Part shown: piece after piece, positions 1 through 14,074 of the stretch
Layout of the letters: each line of letters begins with the position of its first letter
How positions within the stretch are numbered: the stretch's first letter is position 1
NCBI RefSeq assembly: GCF_006345805.1
Contig: NC_042998.1
Span: 204,104,001-204,168,000 of the forward strand
Source of the DNA: Octopus sinensis
Taxonomy: Eukaryota
Direction of reading: 5' to 3'
DNA length: 64,000 bases
The notes under the pieces: model-generated
What the model was told of the DNA's origin: nothing
Seen by the model: the letters and a program-made list of their open reading frames with translations, nothing else
Databases searched by the model: none
Translations under genes and position numbers: made by a program

Positions 1-570
1 GTACGTCTCCCAAGGTACATTGGTAGAAGTACCACCTCATCCGTCTTCAGCGGTGTTGCCGAGTACAGTCTGGCAGTTGCTATTTCCCTAAACTGCACCT
101 CCGCCGTTCCATATTTTCGACCCCTGGCAAGGTATGCTATCTCCTTTTCCACCTGTGCTTCAGACACCACTTCAATTTTCCTTGCTGCTGTGGCGTAGGT
201 TCTGCATGCAATTCTTCTTTCTTCCTTTTTCTTTAATACTTTCTGGGGTGGGGGACACCTTTATATCGCTCCCCTCCCTTTCAAGCATTTCCTTGAACTC
301 ACAAAACTCTTCAATTTTTTTCTCTAGCCGCCGCTACATAATTCCTTTTCTCCATTTCCTTGTCTATCTTGTTTGAGTATTCAACTAATTCCTCCTCAGA
401 CGAATCACATTCTAGTGAAGAATACTTTAATTTCTCCCAATTTCTCGCTCGACGCCCCCCCCCCCCATTATACAAGAGGAAAAACGTCGCTCCGCCAGGA
501 CAGCCAAAAACCACGTGCCTACCTAACAAACCCAGCGATGCAACTGAACAAACATAAACCTGAAAGAAGC
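1..570 (-). mobile_element. Probable 5' end and ORF1 start of an L1/Tx1-type LINE, frameshifted, running off the left edge
   Basis: Minus strand reads ATG plus a G-run, then RRARNWEKLKYSSLECDSSEEELVEYSNKIDKEMEK.... After frameshifts it reads KKEERRRIACRTYATAARKIEVVSEAQVEKEIAYLARGRKYGTAEVQFREIATARLYSATPLKTDEVVLLPMYLGRR, open to position 1. The ORF1 assignment is by general character only. Confidence 0.5.
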
Positions 571-768
571 TTCTTACCACAAAGCCACTCCTGTGCCTCT
601 CTATTTTAAGTTCAACAAACCGCACACCCTAAAAACTCTCCCGTTTGTCCTTCTTTTCTATCCTTTCCGACCCCGCATCCTAGTTTACCACTGTATACCG
701 ATAAGTATTAGATAGAATATTTCAAGCTAGCCCAAACCTCTCAATCACCATTCACATATATAAGCACT

Positions 769-1153
769 AGTGGAGGCGCAATGGCCCAGTGGTTAGGGCA
801 GCGGACTCGCGGTCATAGGATCGCGGTTTCGATTCCCAGACCGGGCGTTGTGAGTGTTTGTTGAGCGAAAACACCTAAAAGCTCCACGAGGCTCCGGCAG
901 GAGATGGTGGTGATCCCTGCTGTACTCTTTCACCACAACTTTCTCTCACTCTTACTTCATGTTTCTGTTGTACCTGTATTTCAAAGGGCCGGCCTTGTCA
1001 CTCTCTGTGTCACGCTGAATTTCCCCGAGAACTACGTTAAGGGTGCACGTGTCATCGGAGTGCTCAGCCACTTACACGTTAATTTCACGAGCAGGCTGTT
1101 CCGTTGATCGGATCAACCGGAACCCTCATCGTCGTAACCGACGGAGTGCTTCC
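769..1153 (+). mobile_element. tRNA-headed SINE, family C (tail 1), complete with 12-bp TSD
   Basis: A-box TGGCCCAGTGG and B-box-like GTTTCGATTCC. TATATAAGCACT flanks both sides (757-768 and 1154-1165). Confidence 0.85.
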
Positions 1154-1845
1154 TATATAAGCACTGAATTTAATCATTTCATTCGCGCTCTCAGGATTTA
1201 GATAACTGAAAGTAACACGATTAATCTTATAAGTGCCATCGCATCAATAGACACGTATTTCCACTCTGTTGTACGTTACTGAGTAATTTAACTTAAATTC
1301 GCTTTCCTATTTCTCTTAAGCAGGTAACTATTTATATACAAATGTGTGTGTGTGTGTGCGTGCGTGCGTATAACTATTTAGATAAATGATAGAAAATGGA
1401 ATTAACATTTTTTATTTAAAATCACTACAATTGTTTCAAAACATTTTTACACCTGTAGTACATTGGTGAGATGTGTAATCATTGCATGCATGTAAAATGC
1501 ACTTCCTCGAGTGACTGTTTAAATAAGTCTTCCATCAGGTCCTACAGTCATGTCACTCAGTATGAGAATGCATACCCAAAACAATGTGTTTATTATCAGC
1601 AGTTTACGGGCAAAATTAAATCCATAAATATAGCGAGAGACAAAATACAATTATAATCAAAATACAAAATACAGGAATAAAGAAATAGAAAAATAAATAA
1701 AAATTTCAGGTTGACTATAAATTACAGTTCTGTGCAGGAGCATTTCCAGTGTATGATGACTTCAGTTAGCCAATAACTGTGTGTGTGTATGCGCGTGCGT
1801 TAGTGCATATATGCGCGTGTGTGTGTTTGGAAATCTCTCTATCCG

Positions 1846-2332
1846 CTCAGTCGAAGTCGACTCTCGGTCACTCGTTGGATCAGTGTCCTATCCTGGGCCG
1901 CTTCTTTCAGACTGGCTATGTCCATTCCGGTATCACTCTTGATGGTGTCAAGCCAGCGGGTTCTTTGTCAGCCTCTTCCTCTCTTGCAACTGACCATTCC
2001 GAGCATGATGTCCTCCTCCAGGGATTTTCTCCGCATAATATGACCGAAATATGCCAATCTATGCTTGGTGATCCTAGCTTCTAGCGACATTTTCGGCCTT
2101 ATCTGCTTAAGAACTTCTCCATTGGTGAGCCTCGCTGTCCATGGAATCCGCAAAAGTCTTCTCCAATACCAAAGCTCAATGCATTAATTCTCTTCTGGTC
2201 AGCTTTCTTTAGTGTCCAGGTCTCGCATCCCAATACCAAAGAAAAGAGATACCAAGGACTGCGCAAACTACCGCACTATCACCCTGATCCCCCATGTAAG
2301 CAAAATTCTCCTTAAAATCATCCAGAAACGCG
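1846..2332 (-). mobile_element. RTE (BovB-like) LINE 3' fragment with an inverted 5' segment
   Basis: Minus 2230-1846: GCETWTLKKADQKRI...RIPWTARLTNGEVL...LAYFGHIMRRKSLEEDIMLG...RTRWLDTIK. Plus 2227-2332: IPIPKKRDTKDCANYRTITLIPHVSKILLKIIQKR, the start of an RTE-type RT. Confidence 0.9.
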
Positions 2333-2420
2333 TGTTTGGAAATACAAACCAGTAAACAGAACTTATCATAGATTACCATCACTCACTGGTCATTTTGCTC
2401 TTTATATGTGTTTATGTAGT

Positions 2421-2452
<32 letters not shown>

Positions 2453-3344
2453 ATGGAACAGTGAGAATGGGTGGTCGACACTACATTTGGGTGGGGTGGG
2501 GATTAATATTCTTTATTGATGGATTAACAAGGCAAGTGGAAATACTTTTCACATGAAACCATTGGTTGGTTTGCTTATCCATGTGTGTGCGTGTGTGTGT
2601 ATGTGTGTGTACATGTTTGTATGTGCAGTGTGCGTATATACATACACACTTATATATATAATATGTAGATATATATATATATATATGCATATTTTAAATA
2701 GACAGACAGACTGACAGACAGATAGATAGTTAGATAGATGGATAGAGAGAGAGAGAGATAGAATGATAGATAGATAGGCAAACAGACAGACAGACATGCA
2801 GGCTGTCCGACAGACATACAGCCACATAGACAGACAGAGAGACAGACAGGCAGGCAGGCTGACAGACAATCAGACAGATAGACAGACAGAGAGACGGACA
2901 GACAGACATATATCCTTATGTGTGTATACATACGAGTCTGAGTTCTTGTTTAGTTAACAAGAAAAATAGCTGCGCACGCAATCCACTTTGATGCCGACTT
3001 GAACTTAATCTGTTGTTGTTGTTGTTGATATTATTTTGACATCATAACAACAACAATAATTCATTTGAAATCGTTGTTCTGTTAATGATGACTATGTCTG
3101 TTGGCAATCATCTCAAAGGCAACGCCATCTCTAATTTGCATATTATGTGCCGTTTCATGGACAGTTGCTTGTCCCTCCAACAGAACCATTTGACTCGTTT
3201 AATCTCGTCAGAAAGATACGACGCGGTCGGGCATCCACTCATTTTTCATGCTTCACACAAGTGTGACCCGGTTTAAATCTTGCAATCCATTTTTAGAAGA
3301 CGGACCACTTTCGACGGACATTGGTGCCTGATACATGGATCACA

Positions 3345-3950
3345 CGGATCACTGAGCTGGCAAAATCGTTAGCACGCCGGGCGAAATGCTTAGCGGTATT
3401 TCGTCTGCCGTTACGTTCTGAGTTCAAATTTTGCCGAGGTCGACTTTGCCTTTCATCCTTTCGGGGTGGATTAAATAAGTACCAGTTACGCATTGGGGTC
3501 GATATAATCGACTGAATCCGTTTGTCTGTCCTTCTTTGTCCTCTCTGTGTTTAGCCCCTTGTGGGTAATAAAGAAATAGGTATTTTGTCTGCCGTTACGT
3601 TCTGAGTTCAAATTCCGCCGAGGTCGACTTTGCTTTTCATCCTTTCGGGGTCGATTAAATAAGTACCAGTTACGTAGTGGAGTCGATATAATCGCCTTAA
3701 TCCGTTTGTCTGTCCTTCTTTGTCCTCTCTGTGTTTAGCCCCTTGTTGGTAATAAAGAAATAGGTATTTTGTCTGCCGTTACGTTCTGAGTTCAAATTCC
3801 GCCGAGGTCGACTTTGCTTTTCATCCTTTCGGGGTCGATTAAATAAGTACCAGTTACGTAGTGGAGTCGATATAATCGACTGAATCCGTTTGTATGTCCT
3901 TCTTTGTCCTCTCTGTGTTTAGCCCCTTGTGGGTAGTAAAGAAACAGGTA
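3345..3950 (+). mobile_element. SINE family B, one full copy followed by two tandem ~184-bp 3' units
   Basis: Head GAGCTGGCAAAATCGTTAGCACG. The unit GGTATTT..CTGCCGTTACG...AATAAAGAAATA occurs three times (junctions near 3579 and 3763). Confidence 0.9.
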
Positions 3951-4247
3951 TATACAGAAAGCAGAATGGCCGTACGAAGCGCAATATAAACCCCAACTTG
4001 TGCAATACAGATTAAAGAAGAGTCACGTGTTCTGATGGAAGCCTAACTAATTTTCCCGCCAATAAAACAACACTTCGAAGCGCCTTACGGATAATGAATG
4101 TCTCACTATCGGATATGTGTATATACACATACACACACATGTGTGTGTGCGTGTATGCATTCCTAAATACTTTAAGTGCGTATATATATGTGTGTGTGTG
4201 CACGTGTATGCATATATGTATGTGTATGTATATGTGTATGTGTATGC

Positions 4248-4254
<7 letters not shown>

Positions 4255-4280
<26 letters not shown>

Positions 4281-4367
4281 TAGAGGCAGAGACAGACACA
4301 CACACACATACACACATAATACACGCGCGCGCGAACAAATAACAGAGAGAGTGCGAGGCGGGAAGAA

Positions 4368-4403
<36 letters not shown>

Positions 4404-4495
4404 AGAGAGAAAGAGAGAGAGGGAGAAGAGAGAGAGAGAGAAAGAGAGAGAGGGAGAGAGAGAGAAGAGAGAGAAGAGAGAGAGAGAGATACATA
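4255..4495. repeat. (GA)n/(CA)n compound microsatellite
   Basis: Direct reading. Confidence 0.9.
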
Positions 4496-5059
4496 ATACA
4501 TTAATAAGATTACATTAGGGTAAGAAATATATACACGGCACTTGCTTTTTATATCTATTTGTATGTGTGTATGTGTGTGTTTTTGTGTGTGTGTATGTAT
4601 GCATATACTCTCATGCCCCCTCGTGTAGAATTTTTTTTTTATTTTACACATGTATTTTATGTTAATTTTATTTCATTTATAGATTTGTTTTGTTTTGTTT
4701 CTCTCCCCCCCCCCCAGTAGCTGTAGAATTATCTCGACATTTTTTAAATATTCTTTTTGCGTTTCTGTTTTTTAATCCATTTCTTTCTTTTTTTTCCCCC
4801 CATTTCTTGTCTGGTAAACATAATTCGTAACAGGCCTGGAGACGGAAAACAAGAGAGAATAACAACGAAAACGCTTCCAATTATTTTATTTATTTATTTC
4901 TCTCTATTTTATCTGAACTGTTCTTGTAATTCACTTTGTCACTTTTTACAAGGAAGGAATTTCCCTAAAGGAATAAAAGAAATTCCATAGACAATTCTGG
5001 TAAATAGCACCACACCTACTCAAACTGAGAGAGAGAGAGAGACATTCTGTAGAGAACCT

Positions 5060-5440
5060 CCTATTGTCGACTGGCGCTCGGTTTTCTCTTCTCTTCTAGT
5101 GGCATTCCGTCGGTTACGTCTACAGTGTCCCAGTTGATCCGACCACCGGATCGTCCTGCTCGTGGGATTAACGTGCGACTGGTTGAGCATTCCACAGACA
5201 ATGGTGCCCTTCATAAAGTCCTCAGGCAGATTCATCCACAGACGCGCATACCTTCACGTAGTTCTTAGGGAGAATACGACAAGGCTGGTCCTTTGAAAAA
5301 CGGGTACGATTCATTTTGGCTAGGTGAGGGGACTAGGGCAACGTAAAATAAAGCATCTTGCTCAAGAACACAACGCGCCACCGGGAATTGAACTCACGGC
5401 CTAACAATCGGGAACCGACTGCCCTAAACACAAAATCACT
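5060..5440 (-). mobile_element. Old SINE family D (tail 1), rearranged
   Basis: Reverse complement contains GGGAATTGAACTC (B-box), TCTTGAGCAAGATGC and the tail CACGAGCAGG...GTAACCGACGGAATGCC shared with the copy at 769-1153. Confidence 0.65.
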
Positions 5441-6039
5441 TGCCCCTTACTGCTAAAGATGTCTTTGAGAAAAGTATGCAGCTCACTTCAACTGAAATGT
5501 CTATACTTCAGACATTATGTAAGTGTACATTGACCCAAGTCCATCTCGACATACACCAGAACATCAGTGTATTTTATGTGTGCGTGTGTGTCCCACCCAC
5601 TGCTTGACAACCGGTGCTGGTTTGTTTACGTCCTCGTAACCAAGCGGTTTGGCAAAGACCGTTAGAATAAAATACCAGTCTTAAAAGGAATAAGTACTTG
5701 GGTCAATTGTTTGACATGGCCGAATATTTTCCTACCACAGTCGAAGCCGGAAACTGCATAGAAGCCCGAAAAAAGAAACGCACCTATCCTTGAGAAACGG
5801 ATGTAATCCGTCGTCCGGTTTTAACACCACCATGTGGCTTCATCGGGTGACTTTGGCAAAGTCCACTTTGTTGCAAAGATTTCGGTCAAACTTCCGGTCC
5901 AAGAATAACATCCTCCCTTCCATCTGCCACTCACGTCAGCCACGGTGGACCTTAAAAACATTTAAAATATCATTATGAAAATGTGTTTTGTTTCTGTAGG
6001 TCTAGCGACTGCATTTGGGATTTCTTCGTTGACGATGAG

Positions 6040-6250
6040 CAGGTGATTACGATACTGCTCTCACGCTCGCGAGATCGTAATTTCGATTCCTGGACCAGGT
6101 GATGCATTGTGTTCTTGAGCAAAACACTTCATTTCATATTGCTCAGTTCTATTCAGCTGTAAACGAATAACTCTGCGATGGCCTGGCGTCCCGTCCAAGG
6201 GTAATCTCCGTCGCTTCTAAACCATGGAAGCCGGGATAACGACCCAAGGA
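6040..6250 (+). mobile_element. Old SINE with family D head and a different tail
   Basis: TTCGATTCCTGGACC, then TTGTGTTCTTGAGCAAAACACTT, then CTGCGATGGCCTGGCGTCCCGTCCAAGGG. Confidence 0.55.
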
Positions 6251-7274
6251 GTTTCAGGACTCGAGTCAACAATGGCCAAGAATTACCCGATTTTAGAGTC
6301 TTAAAATAGAGGTTGACATCTTAGACTGCAGGAGACATCTTGTAACGCCCTGGAACAGCTGCTCTCAACCACGGTTCCAAGGATCGCATGTGGCCCTCCA
6401 GCATCCTTCCGCTGACACCGGACGGTCTTCCCTCGATAAATATAATTCTTTTTCTTTAAGTGACTTGTGTTTTATATTTTTTTGGCGCGGCACCCTAAAA
6501 CAATGCCCAGGTTTTGGATTTAGCTCGATATTTTAAAGATTGGGAACCATTGTAGAGGCAAGTTAATGTAGCAGTCTCCACGTAATCACTTGACTTACAG
6601 GAAACAACAGCCAAAACTTTCTCTGAAAACACACGCTTTTAAATTGCTCGTCTCTAAAAAGCCATAAAAATAGACTCAGGAATGACATCCCTGGGGTAAC
6701 CTGTTTGAAAAGAGAGTATGATCACTACTTGGACGTTTTCTTATCATGGGTCCGTTCCACCAAGACTGACCAGGGGTTAAAAACAATCACAACACTCACT
6801 GCAGCTCTATGTAAGCCGTATGTGACCTTGTTATGTTTTCTGTTTTCCTCTTGGTTTCACTTACGCCAGCAAATCTTCTTAAAACCATTTCATGGACATC
6901 ACGTAATCACGTTTCTCGTCCGTATTTCTTCCTTCTTACTTTCTTCTCACCAAAGAAATCGATATTTTTCTAGTTGAACATTGGCGAAAATACTGAACAA
7001 AACCAATAAATAGTCAGCTATACGGTGAGGCGGAGATGTGTTGGGGGAGGAGGGAGAGTCTAATGCCACATCGCAATGCAATGTGTTGATTGATCACTGT
7101 GAATATATTGGCAAAAATCATCGAATTTATCGATAAACGATATCCCTTCCCGATACTGTAGGTATTGATGAGAGATTAAAGATGGAAGCTGGACGATAAA
7201 ATGATTCGGAGGAGGAGATAGGACCTGGTGTCATAAAGATATACTCGCCTTCACTGATGCGAGAGAAGGATACA

Positions 7275-7277
7275 GTG

Positions 7278-7330
<53 letters not shown>

Positions 7331-7349
7331 TGTAGTTGTTGTAGTAGTT

Positions 7350-7417
<68 letters not shown>

Positions 7418-7645
7418 GGTGGTGGTGGTGGTGGTGGTAGTGGTGATGGTGGTAGAATTGGTTGTGGTAGCATAAGTAGTAGTAGTAGTAGTAATAGTAG
7501 TAGTAGAAGTAGTAGTAGTAGTAGTAGCAGCAGTAGTAGTAGTTGTTGTTGTTGTAGTAGTGTTGGTGGCAGTGGTTGTTGTGGTGGTGGTGGTAGAATT
7601 GGTTGTGGTAGCATCAGTAGTAGTAATAGGAGGAGGAGGAGGAGG
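7275..7645. repeat. Compound (GTA)n/(GGT)n/(GTT)n trinucleotide tract
   Basis: Direct reading. The block GGTAGAATTGGTTGTGGTAGCA occurs twice. Confidence 0.9.
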
Positions 7646-8859
7646 CATGAACGTGTGGTTGAGAAGTTTCTAGGATCGTTCTCATTGCAGAACACCTTGG
7701 TAAAAAGACTTCTGAAACAGCCAAGGGTTGACCAATGCTTCCAGAGTGGAATCTGGTGGAGCCAAACTGTGCAGGCACGCGTCGTGTATACATATACACA
7801 TACATACATACATACATACATACATACATACAAGATACATACATGCATACAGACACACACACATACATACATGCATACATACTACATACATACATACATA
7901 CATACATACACACACATGCACTTATATACATACATACTCAGATACCCGCACATACATACAGACACACACACACACATATACATACATATATACATTCATC
8001 CATGCATGCATACACACATATTTTCCCAACAGGCCCGGGTATATGTTGTCTGTTTCCTCTCTATCTTATCAGCCTTTCTCTTTCTCTGCATTGGTCCACC
8101 AAAACTTGCTCAAGTAACCCTCAATATCCAAGCTCCATCCCATCTACTTGACCCCTTATGCTACTCATTGCTCAATCCTTCTCCCAGTTACTCAGCACTA
8201 ATTAATAATCGATACTTAACTATTCTCCAATATACTCAGAACCCTTTTGTACTCATTACTCTAACTTTATCCCTATCGCTTAGTAACCAGTTAAACTCAG
8301 CAACTTCGATGCCCCAGTCACGCAACACCAAGTAATACTCAATCTTTTCCCATATACCCAGTACCCTGTAACACTCACTAACCAAACTCTTTCCAGTCAG
8401 TCAGTATTTCAACTTTGACCCAATGACCTTCGACACAGAACACTACTCAGTACCTCACCTCCATTCCAGTTAGTCATCACCCTACACTACTCAGTGCTCG
8501 ATCTTTCCTCCCGTAATACTCAACACTCCAACTCTACCCCCATTAACTCAGTTCCCTATAACACTCAGAACTTCGATTTTAGCTCAGCCCCTTAACACCC
8601 TAGAATCGTCAGTTCTTCCGTTCATTTCCAGAGGGTCTCTCTCTCTCTCTCTTTCCAACTCTGTCCTTGTTGAAGCAATGAAGGAACCTCGACCAGCTCA
8701 CTCCTTCTGCTAGAAAACGAAGGTATGTCTTGGACGAGGTACGTAATCTCGGCAGCTTATATTCAGAGACAAAGCACCGTGGTTATGGTTTGAACGTCAC
8801 TGATCAAGTGCTTGCTCAGTGAAGGTTCACCTGGGGCTAAACAACAACAAGTCTTTGAT

Positions 8860-9087
8860 ATATTTCTTTACTGCCCACAGGGGCTAAACACAGAAGGGAC
8901 AAACAAGGACAGACAAAGGGATTAAGTCGATTATATCGACCCCACTGCGTAACTGGTACTTAAATTCTCGACCCCGAAAGGATGATTGGCAACGTCGACC
9001 TCGGCGGAATTTGAACTCAGAACGTAACGGCAGGCGAAATACGGCTGCGCATTTCGCCCGGCGTGCTAACGTTTCTGCCAGCTCGCC
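8860..9087 (-). mobile_element. SINE family B with ~18-bp TSD
   Basis: CAACAACAAGTCTTTGAT at 8842-8859 and 9087-9104. Confidence 0.9.
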
Positions 9088-9317
9088 AACAACAAGTCTT
9101 TGATCATAGATGTGACTAGTCAGAAGTTGCTTGGGGTGAAGCCCTCCATCCGGATTGGAAGAGATGAGAAATTTTGTGGATATTTAAATGTTTCCTCTCA
9201 GCACAAATCTCACTCGCCATACTTTGGTAGAATGACCGGAAGTTAGATCTTATCGAGCAGACCAATGATTAACGACATTCCAGCCAAGCATAGTCTATCT
9301 CGGACTACATTATCCAG

Positions 9318-9735
9318 TCTTTTACTCTTTTACTCTTTTACTTGTTTCAGTCATTTGACTGCGGCCATGCTGGAGCACCGCCTTTAGTCGAGCAACTCGA
9401 CCCCGGGACTTATTCTTTGTAAGCCTAGTACTTATTCTATCGATGTCTTTTGCCGAACCACTAAGTTACGGGGACATAAACACACCAGCATCGGTTGTCA
9501 AGCAATGCTAGGGGTACAAACACAGACACACAAACACACACACATACACACACATATATATATACATATATACGAGAGGCTTCTTTAAGTTTCCGTCTAC
9601 CAAATCCACTCACAAGGCTTTGGTCGGCCCGAGGCTGTAGTAGAAGACACTTGCCCAAGATGCCACGCAGTGGGACTGAACCCGGAACCATGTGGTTGGT
9701 TAGCAAGCTACTTACCACACAGCCACTCCTGCGCA
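9318..9735 (-). mobile_element. SINE family A (tRNA head, central microsatellite, (AGTAAAAG)n-like tail), full length
   Basis: Head GGAGTGGCTGTGTGGTAAG...GGGTTCAGTCCC; tail GGCGGTGCTCCAGCATGGCCGCAGTCAAATGACTGAAACAAGTAAAAGAG. Other copies or fragments at approx. 13845-14255(-), 16290-16500(+), 17790-18197(-), 18500-19155(-), 19560-20190(-), 21548-21940(+), 23626-23880(-), 28530-28900(-), 32860-33010(-), 33430-33810(-), 35275-35430(+), 39435-39860(+), 40925-41325(-), 46630-47050(-), 51270-51686(-), 51835-52025(-), 54112-54516(+), 56905-57322(-). Confidence 0.9.
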
Positions 9736-10031
9736 GTGTATACTTTCTTCCATTTTTAAGATGATAAAATTTGATTTAAGGGAGACCGAGCTAGTATTTC
9801 TAGCAGATCGAGTGACCATGTAGAGTCCTCTCCCCCATCATCTTCTACTAGAGTCCGAAGTGAACAAGTCTATCGTAAGGTCAATAAAGAAGTTTGCCTC
9901 CCAACAGCACGGTTGGCGTGGCACCTTGGGGCAAGTATTTCCACTATAGCCTCTGAACGACCAAAGCCTTCTGAGTAGATTTGGTAGATGGAAACTGAAA
10001 GAAGCCTGTCGTGTAGATAGACAGACAGACC

Positions 10032-10081
<50 letters not shown>

Positions 10082-10098
10082 CAGAGAGACAGAGAGAC

Positions 10099-11621
<1,523 letters not shown>

Positions 11622-12426
11622 CCAGTGTTGGTGTATTCGCGTCGACATAACTTAGCTGTTCGGCAAAAAAGGCCGATAGAATAAATACCAGGCTTTAAAA
11701 AAATAGGTACTGGGTTCGATTCATTCGGCTACAAATTCTTCAAGGTAGTGCCCCAGCATGGCCGCAGTCTAATGAGTGAAGCAAGTGACTGGTAGAAGGT
11801 ATGTGCTGGGAAATGTCAATCAACCAACATTGTGTGTGTCCCTTCCATCGACTTGCCCCCTCCCCTCTTTGACACTGACCTACTGTAATATGCTAAGCAA
11901 ATTTATTAGTACTACTAACATGTTTCACGAAACACACTTTAATTCCATTTCAGAGTCTGCTTCTTCTTTGAAACATAATTTCTGCAAGTAACATATGTCG
12001 TCGAAGCTAAAACAACAACGAACGCTTAAAACCATAATAATGCCTATCATCGCATTGCTTTATTTTCTTAGCAGGAATTCTTTGGCAAACAGATGGAATT
12101 AGTTGTCACATTTCAAGGGTCACTGACTTGGATCTTAAAATAAGTCTGAAGCCTACAAGAAGCCAGGTTGTTGAATAGGTGGTCATCTTTCAACACATTG
12201 ATCGCCACCAACCAATCAACCCGACTCAGTGTCTTCTCTTTCCTGCCAGAACAGTTTTCACTTTCTTTACGGCGTTCCTGGCATCGGGAAAAGGGTTTTA
12301 TCTCAAAATTACCCATTGTACTTCCGCTAAAAATCTCTGACTTCAAGTATACCCAAGGAAAGCAATTGGAAAGCAATTGGGAACCAATTTAAAAACAGTT
12401 CTCTGCTACAGCAGAACATTCTAGAA

Positions 12427-12823
12427 CAAAGGCTCTCAACGGGGGCCATATGGTACCCCTCCACCCCGGGGAGCATTTGGAGTTCGAGGTGCGTCGTTTT
12501 GGAGCAAAGGGGCTCTCTTGTACCAAAGAGCACTCTTTTGATAGACAACACGTCGATTTCATAAGTGTCGTGTGGTCGAAATAAACGCAGTTACCAAACT
12601 TTCAGTTCATTATTTCGTTATTTTGATTTCAGTTTGTACACCTGTACTCCCGACTGCGTACAAACGCATTTGTAAAGCGACGTCCTTTATTTTTTAACCA
12701 GTATCTGCTGATATCAAAATAAGTAGTATATTGAAAATAAAAATATTTTCTGGGGCGGGGGGTGGATTTCTGACTTCATAGATCAAAAGAGGGGCTTTGG
12801 CCAAAATGGGTTGAGAACCTTTG
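12427..12823. mobile_element. Non-autonomous hAT (Charlie-like) MITE, 397 bp
   Basis: TIRs CAAAGGCTCTCAAC / GTTGAGAACCTTTG (1 mismatch) and 8-bp TSD TTCTAGAA at 12419-12426 and 12824-12831, the NTCTAGAN target typical of Charlie elements. Confidence 0.9.
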
Positions 12824-13053
12824 TTCTAGAACATTATTTCGCTAATTATTGTTATACATGTTCCAGTAGTTACCCTTCCTCGCCAAACTACTTATCACAC
12901 GCTAGAAGTGCAGTTAAGCCTGAATGTGGAAAGATATGATTTTCCGAACCACGGGATTCCGTTGTGGTGAGGGAACAAGAAAACCTAAAACTGTAACGTC
13001 TTCATGCCTGAAAATCAAAGACAATTCATTGTTGATATCAGAATACGTGTAGG

Positions 13054-13270
13054 GCGGAGAACTGGCGGAATCGTTAAGACGCCGGACAAAATGCTTCGTG
13101 GAATTTCGTCCGTCTTTACGTTCTGAGTTCAAATTCCGTTGAGGTCAACTTTGCCTTTCATCCTTTCGCGGTCGACAGAATAAGTACCAGTTTATTACTG
13201 GGATCGATGTAATCGACTTAACCCCACCCCACCCCGAAATTGCTGGCCTTGTGCCGAAACTTTGAAATGT
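13054..13270 (+). mobile_element. SINE family B variant with alternative tail (GCTGGCCTTGTGCC...); similar copies at ~41447-41660(+) and ~56320-56480(-)
   Basis: B-type head and core GTCAACTTTGCCTTTCATCCTTTCG, with a different 3' end from the 3345 copy. Confidence 0.75.
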
Positions 13271-14040
13271 ACATCAGAATAATTTTAACTTATCAATAAA
13301 TTCAACGGAACCTGATGTCTTTTACAACCATCGCTGTCTTAAGAATTACACTCATCATTAACCGGCTGCGTAGTTGCGGAGTAAAGAAACTTGGCTACTG
13401 AGTGGTTCTGGGTTCGATCCCGCAGCACAGAATTTAGATAAATATATTCTAACATATACGGGTATTGATCAATGCTTTGCAAATTCACTTTATTAAGTAG
13501 AACCACGTGGAAGCCTGTCGGATGCGGATGTCATAGTCCGAGTATCGACTAGATTATCGGATGTTGTTATACATCGCTGGTCACAATACACTTGCATTGT
13601 TTTAGCTGTCGAATGATGTCACCCCACTAGCTAGGCAAGCAGGCCAACATTCCCCCTGATTGGAAAGTTATTTCATCACGGGGTCACCTATTTAGACCCC
13701 TAAATGGACTGGAGCAACCAAGTGAAGTGTTTTGCTCAAGAACACAGCGCGACGCCGGCCTAGGAATTGAAAGGGAGAGGGGGAGGGAGAGAGACAGAGA
13801 GATTTCGTGCTAACCTCAGATGGGCAACTGATTTCCACTGATCTTTTCTCTTTCACTTGGTTCAGCCATCAGACTGCGGCCATGCTGGAGCAACACGTGA
13901 AGAAGTTTCAGTCGAACGAATAGACCTCATTACTTATCTATTTTTTAAAAACCTGGTACTTATTCTATCTTATGCCGAACCGCTAAGTTATGGAGAAGTA
14001 AACACAAGAACACCGGTTGTCGGGCTGTGGCGGGGAACAA

Positions 14041-14074
<34 letters not shown>

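Noticed and set aside
770-850. tRNA genes (also the heads of SINE-A, B and D)
   Set aside because: A/B boxes are present but no complete cloverleaf; each continues into a SINE body.
3395-3950. CRISPR-like or rRNA-like tandem array
   Set aside because: Whole-unit SINE repeats without unique spacers; eukaryotic context.
6353-6554. Second hAT MITE (also hAT-like ends near 46030-46520)
   Set aside because: TIRs highly degenerate and no matching 8-bp TSD.
7127-7648. Mucin-like poly-Thr ORF of 173 aa
   Set aside because: Built from a compound trinucleotide tract next to a decayed SINE; no signal peptide or splice context recognised.
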